Shown in pieces: positions 59,675-64,000 of a stretch of DNA of 64,000 bases. The stretch covers positions 434,001 through 498,000 of the forward strand of contig NW_003314296.1 in NCBI RefSeq assembly GCF_000143415.4. The letters are read 5' to 3'. Within the stretch, counting starts at the first letter, position 1. Every line of letters begins with the position of its first letter. The translations under genes were made by a program, and so were the position numbers. Source of the stretch: Selaginella moellendorffii (lineage: Eukaryota; Plantae; Lycopodiophyta). Under the pieces are notes generated by a model. The model was given only the letters and a program-made list of their open reading frames with translations, had not been told where the DNA came from and searched no databases.

Positions 59675-61900
59675 AGTTGGAGCTAATAGTGCCTATGCAA
59701 CTCTATATGAGCAGTTTTAAAAAATGAGAGCCGCAACACCCATGGGTGGACATGTATGACCTCCAAGTCCATGCATTGTTGTAGACCAGGGCTCCCACTG
59801 AGCATGAGACGGTAATGCTCCTGAGCTAGCAATGCCCATCCCAGATGGCCTGATGGACACAGCATAAATGGGAAAAAGCTACTTGTGTATTGATGCAACC
59901 CTCACCTGGTTTACATACACATTCTGGTTTCCTTAGATTGTGCCTTGATCTCTCCTTGATCTGCTGCTGTTTGCTCCAACACTCCCCCTCAATCTGATGT
60001 CTCTTATCAGATTGCTACTCCCCCTGTGAGATCAGTCCGAGTTGTTGTCGCAGACGCTCCATGAGCAAATCCGCTGTCATGTCATGGAGATGTATTTCAG
60101 CTTGACCTCTTCTCTCTCGATCCTCTCCCTGATAAAGTAGTAGAACATCTTGAAATGTTTATTTCTCCCATGACGCACTGGTTCGTGATAGATTGAAGAC
60201 ATGCTGTGTTATTGTTGTAAACGTTTAGTGTTGCTTGCAGCTAAACTGATGTCCTAGAACAAGTATCGAATCCATAAAGCTTCCTTGACAGCTTCTGTAA
60301 CAACTGCTTCACAAGTGGACAATGCCACCATTCTCTATTTCTGGCTGTGCCATGATACAACTGCATTAGAAAATTTAAACTTATACCCAGCTGTTGTCTC
60401 CGACCATCTAGGTCATCAGCGAGGTTAGCATCTACCATTCCATATCCAATCCAATTTCTCTTGTAAGTTTGACTTACATATTTACCACTGCATACCAATG
60501 TCTCTTCCCAGGATTCTGCATGAACTGGGACACTCTGGAAACTATGTCCAATCTGCTTGATGTGGCTAAATGCATCAATGCTCCAACCATATTTTGATAT
60601 GGTAGCATAGCCATCTCTTTCCTCTCCCCCTTGGGAGGAACATGGTTGATTGGCTCTGGAGAGTTTGTTGAATTGTAGTACTGGAGTCAGAGCTGGTCAT
60701 GTAGTGAAAAAATAACTGTATTTCCTGATAAGATTTGAAATATACTTATGTTGATGACTCTTTAGAATTCAACTTTCCCTATCACGCACTATTTACAAGC
60801 CTAACAGAAGGTCATTCAAAGCTGTTGGAAAGCTGTTCTTTAAGCCAATATAGACTTGTTGTCTTTCCAACCATGATAAGATTGTTGACATAAACACACA
60901 CGAGAATCATCTGAAAAACAATAATATAAATTCCAATTCTTAGTGATTGTTAAATAGATTGATGGACTTTGCAAATATAACACTACTTTCCTTGGATTGA
61001 AGGTTGACACATATATACTAGTTCCTCTAGCTTGCTATTGAGGAATGTATTTTTAACATCCATCTGCTCAACCTCAAGATTCAAATGATTAGCAGTTGCA
61101 AGAACAAAGTGGAAAGAAACCATTTTAAATATTGGTGAAATATCTCATTATAATCAATTCCAACTCATTGTTTGTAATCTTTTGCAAATAATCTTGCCTT
61201 CTATCAATTAATCTCACTTTTCTCCTTGTAATTAGCTTGTGTACCCACTTACCCTATAATTGATGCCTCGCTCAAAACCTCGTGGTTGAACAAGCATCTA
61301 GGGACCATTCTCCAGCTGAGCAAGATACTCATCCTCACCAATGAAAATGTTATGGTCCCCAAAATGCTTCACCTAAAAAGTTGTTGGTTCATGAATGCAT
61401 AGTAATGCAGAATGGTTTTTTTTTTTTAAAAAGAGTGTCTCGGTAGTGAACTAGTGATTGAAGCATCTAGAGACTCATCATTGTCTCATCTCAAGCCATT
61501 ACTGTCTGAGTATCCAGTTTATTAAAATTCTGAAGTGAAGTACCTCGTTTTGAGATTTCAGAGTTATTGTTATTGGTGGTGGGAGGAAAATCTTCTTAAA
61601 GTGATGGTTCAAGAGGTAGTGGCAATGGTGATTTTATTGAGGAGTTTTTCTATTCTATTGATTTTATTAAGTATCAAATTGTGTGTTAAGGAAGTTGAGT
61701 AGTGTGAGTCTCTTATTTATGTTGTAGTTTATAACAAGATATCTTTTATTATTCACCTTTTTGTTTAGATAGAGTCTCTTATAATAGAAGGTATTTTGTT
61801 ATCCAAGTTTTACACACATCTTATCCCCTTTTAGATGGCTATTTTGTGAGGCAACTAGTCATGCTTTGATCCGTGTATGCTCCACCAAGAGGAAGGACAT
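59675..61900 (-). mobile_element. Degenerate Ty1/Copia 3' part with PPT and ~305-bp 3' LTR (59675-59981)
   Basis: Minus strand reads LEVEQMDVKNTFLNSKLEE (~61020-61080) and DANLADDLDGRR (RNase H). PPT gagggggag is followed by TGTTGGAGC, with inverted terminus gttggagc at 59676. Confidence 0.8.
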
Positions 61901-62076
61901 ACACATGAATGCTCAATATGTACGATTTTAAATTTAGGGGTAGGAATATACTTTGCTCAAGGGCATATTATATTTTAAATAGCCACTAATCAATGAGAAT
62001 CGAACCCATGCCATTTGCTCCGTCCATGTATGTTCCACCAAAAGGAAGGACATATGCATAGATGCCCAATATGTAC

Positions 62077-64000
62077 TGTGAGGGCCAAGTGTACGGCTAT
62101 AATGCCGTATACTAATATTAGCGTAATGGGAGTTTAGTAGCCATCAGATTGGTTTCAATTTGGACTACTTACCCCTGTATACAAGTTAGGGTTTTTGGGC
62201 TAATTGATATGGACATTTTTTGTATTTCCTTTCCATATTCCAAGCACTCACATTAATGGAGGTAAGGGGCACTTTTGATTGTCCCTGAGGAGTGCTTGAA
62301 TTTGGGATTTTGGTTTAGATCTAACTTTTGCATCGTCTAGATCTAGCTTTTTCCATTTCCTTTCTTTTGTTCTTCTCTTTCAGGATTTTGGTTTAGATAA
62401 CTTTTTGCATTGTTTAGATTTACCATTTCCTTCTAGCTTTTTGTCATTTCTCTTCTTTTGCTCTTTTTCATTCATCTTCATGGTAGATCAACAATCTCCT
62501 CCTTTGACTCTAGAGCAACAATTGGTACAATTGCTTGATGCTATGCGCTTGCAATTGAACAATCAAACTCAGTTCATGGTGGTGTTCACGGCACATGGTA
62601 CAACTCTTCCTGCTTTTGGTGCCAATCCTTGTGTTCAGCCGGAGTTTTTTCACGGGAATCTTGGGGATGATGTGTACCATTGGTTCAATCACTTCATGGT
62701 GATTGCCACATATCATTTTTGGGATGATGCTCGATGTTTGCATGAGTTTCCCACGTATTTTTAAGGGACAGTGTTGCAATGGTACAATGGTTTGAGTGTA
62801 GCCATTTGTGGGGATTGGAGTGTTCTCTCGGACGTCTTCAAACGCGCCTTCGGACATGCCGACGACTGTGATGATGCCTTCTAACAATTGTATCGTCTTT
62901 GCCAAGGGCCATCTGAGTCGGGTGGTGCAATTTGGCATTCATTTCCGAAGTCTTTTGCTTCGTGCGGAGCTAAATATATTAGAACGCATCAAGCTAGGAA
63001 TATTGTGGCCAACACTTCTTCAAGATCTTGTTGGACTTGTGTCTGCACTTGCTCCTGCCACCCTTGACGATGTTCTTCGCTTGGCACAACATTATGAGAC
63101 GTCGCCTCTTCCACTTCTTGCTGCACATACTTCAGCTCCACTTCCTATGGGTGATGGTCTTGTTCCAATGGAGGTTGATGCTATTGCTGCTCGAGTCCAA
63201 GGACAAGGGTGAAGACATGGTTGTGGCTGTGATGTTCATTGCTGGGCGTGTGATGAAATTGGTCATACTTATCGGCGTTGTTGGTGTTTTCCGGATTGGC
63301 GACCTTCATTTCCTAGCTGGAGACTTTAGCGTTAGTAACATCCCATTGGTGCTGTTGCAGTGGAAGGTTGGACATCGAGATGCATCCGAGAAACAAGGAG
63401 TCGCGCGAGTAACGAAGGAACCTTGCGCGAATAAGTCAGTGACCCCTCCATATTTCTTTTGAGAGTATCATCAAGGGGTTCACTCGGCACCGGTTCATCC
63501 AATGTTTACTTTTTAAACTCGTTTTTATAACAAGAGGTCTTCTATTATTCTCTCCGTGTTGGTTGATACAGGTTCGAGTTTATCTTCTATTATTTGATCT
63601 GTTGCCACACGTTGCTATCTACACTTGTGTTGTGTGGTGAAACCAGTTTTCATTCTTTATAGCAATGGCCGTACACATGCATGTGCACAGGATGAGATGG
63701 ACTTGGTTGTGTGTATGAGCGATCTCAAGCTTGAGTTGCAGTAATTGCGGGTGGTGTCGAGTTAAGCTTTTGACTTCATCCTTAGTATGAATTGGTTACA
63801 ACGCAATTATGCCAAGTGTGACTTTGAGGCTTCTTCCCCTTGTCTCATACTTCCTTATGTTTCATCCATTCCTCTCACTTCCGTACCTCTTCGTCCCTCT
63901 ATTTCTACCTTTGCTTCCATTACTTTTATTCCCCCACTATTTCCTTCTATGTTTCTGTCTTGTTTTGCTCTTCCCTTTTCCAATCCCCCCAACAATTTTT
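62077..64000 (+). mobile_element. Degenerate Ty3/Gypsy gag-protease, running off the window end
   Basis: QPEFFHG..DDVYHWF..WDD; PMEVDAI; zinc knuckle CWACDEIGHTYRRC; protease VLVDTGSS; several stops. Confidence 0.8.

Noticed and set aside
61866-62460. Short direct repeats (61866-61925 / 62015-62076 and 62305-62380 / 62383-62460)
   Set aside because: Ordinary local duplications within TE-derived sequence.

Overview
Eukaryotic plant nuclear DNA, most likely the lycophyte Selaginella. This is inferred from very short (~50-65 nt) GT-AG introns, GC-rich coding regions, four PLS/E-class PPR genes (two dominated by 31-aa S-type motifs), and a retained Tctex1 dynein light chain as expected for flagellated sperm. 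Both ends are filled with decayed LTR retrotransposons: a chromodomain Ty3/Gypsy at ~450-6390, Ty1/Copia remnants at ~13.2-17.7 kb and ~59.7-61.9 kb, and a Gypsy gag-protease at ~62-64 kb. The gene-dense core encodes an A1 aspartic protease, a CAS-like rhodanese protein, a secreted EUL-type lectin, a DEK-C/SWIB protein, an N-acylated Ser/Pro-rich protein, a conserved uncharacterised membrane protein, two adjacent trypsin-fold-like genes, a NILR1-like island-domain LRR receptor kinase, Tctex1, plastid RPL6, NEDD1, an acidic Hev b 5-like protein and a divergent CDC48. The most unusual observations are: (i) a trypsin-like protease / putative pseudo-protease pair next to the receptor kinase; (ii) a NILR1-type ectodomain on a BRI1/EMS1-like kinase, with a hidden signal-peptide exon; (iii) a ~155-bp gag-derived fold-back hairpin; (iv) an ~80-bp Copia RNase H fragment inserted into a Gypsy RNase H; (v) a tRNA-Ile relic lacking its D-loop inside a ~190-bp divergent promoter; (vi) a repeat-expanded RPL6 intron. 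All family assignments come from motif recognition by eye; no database search was run.
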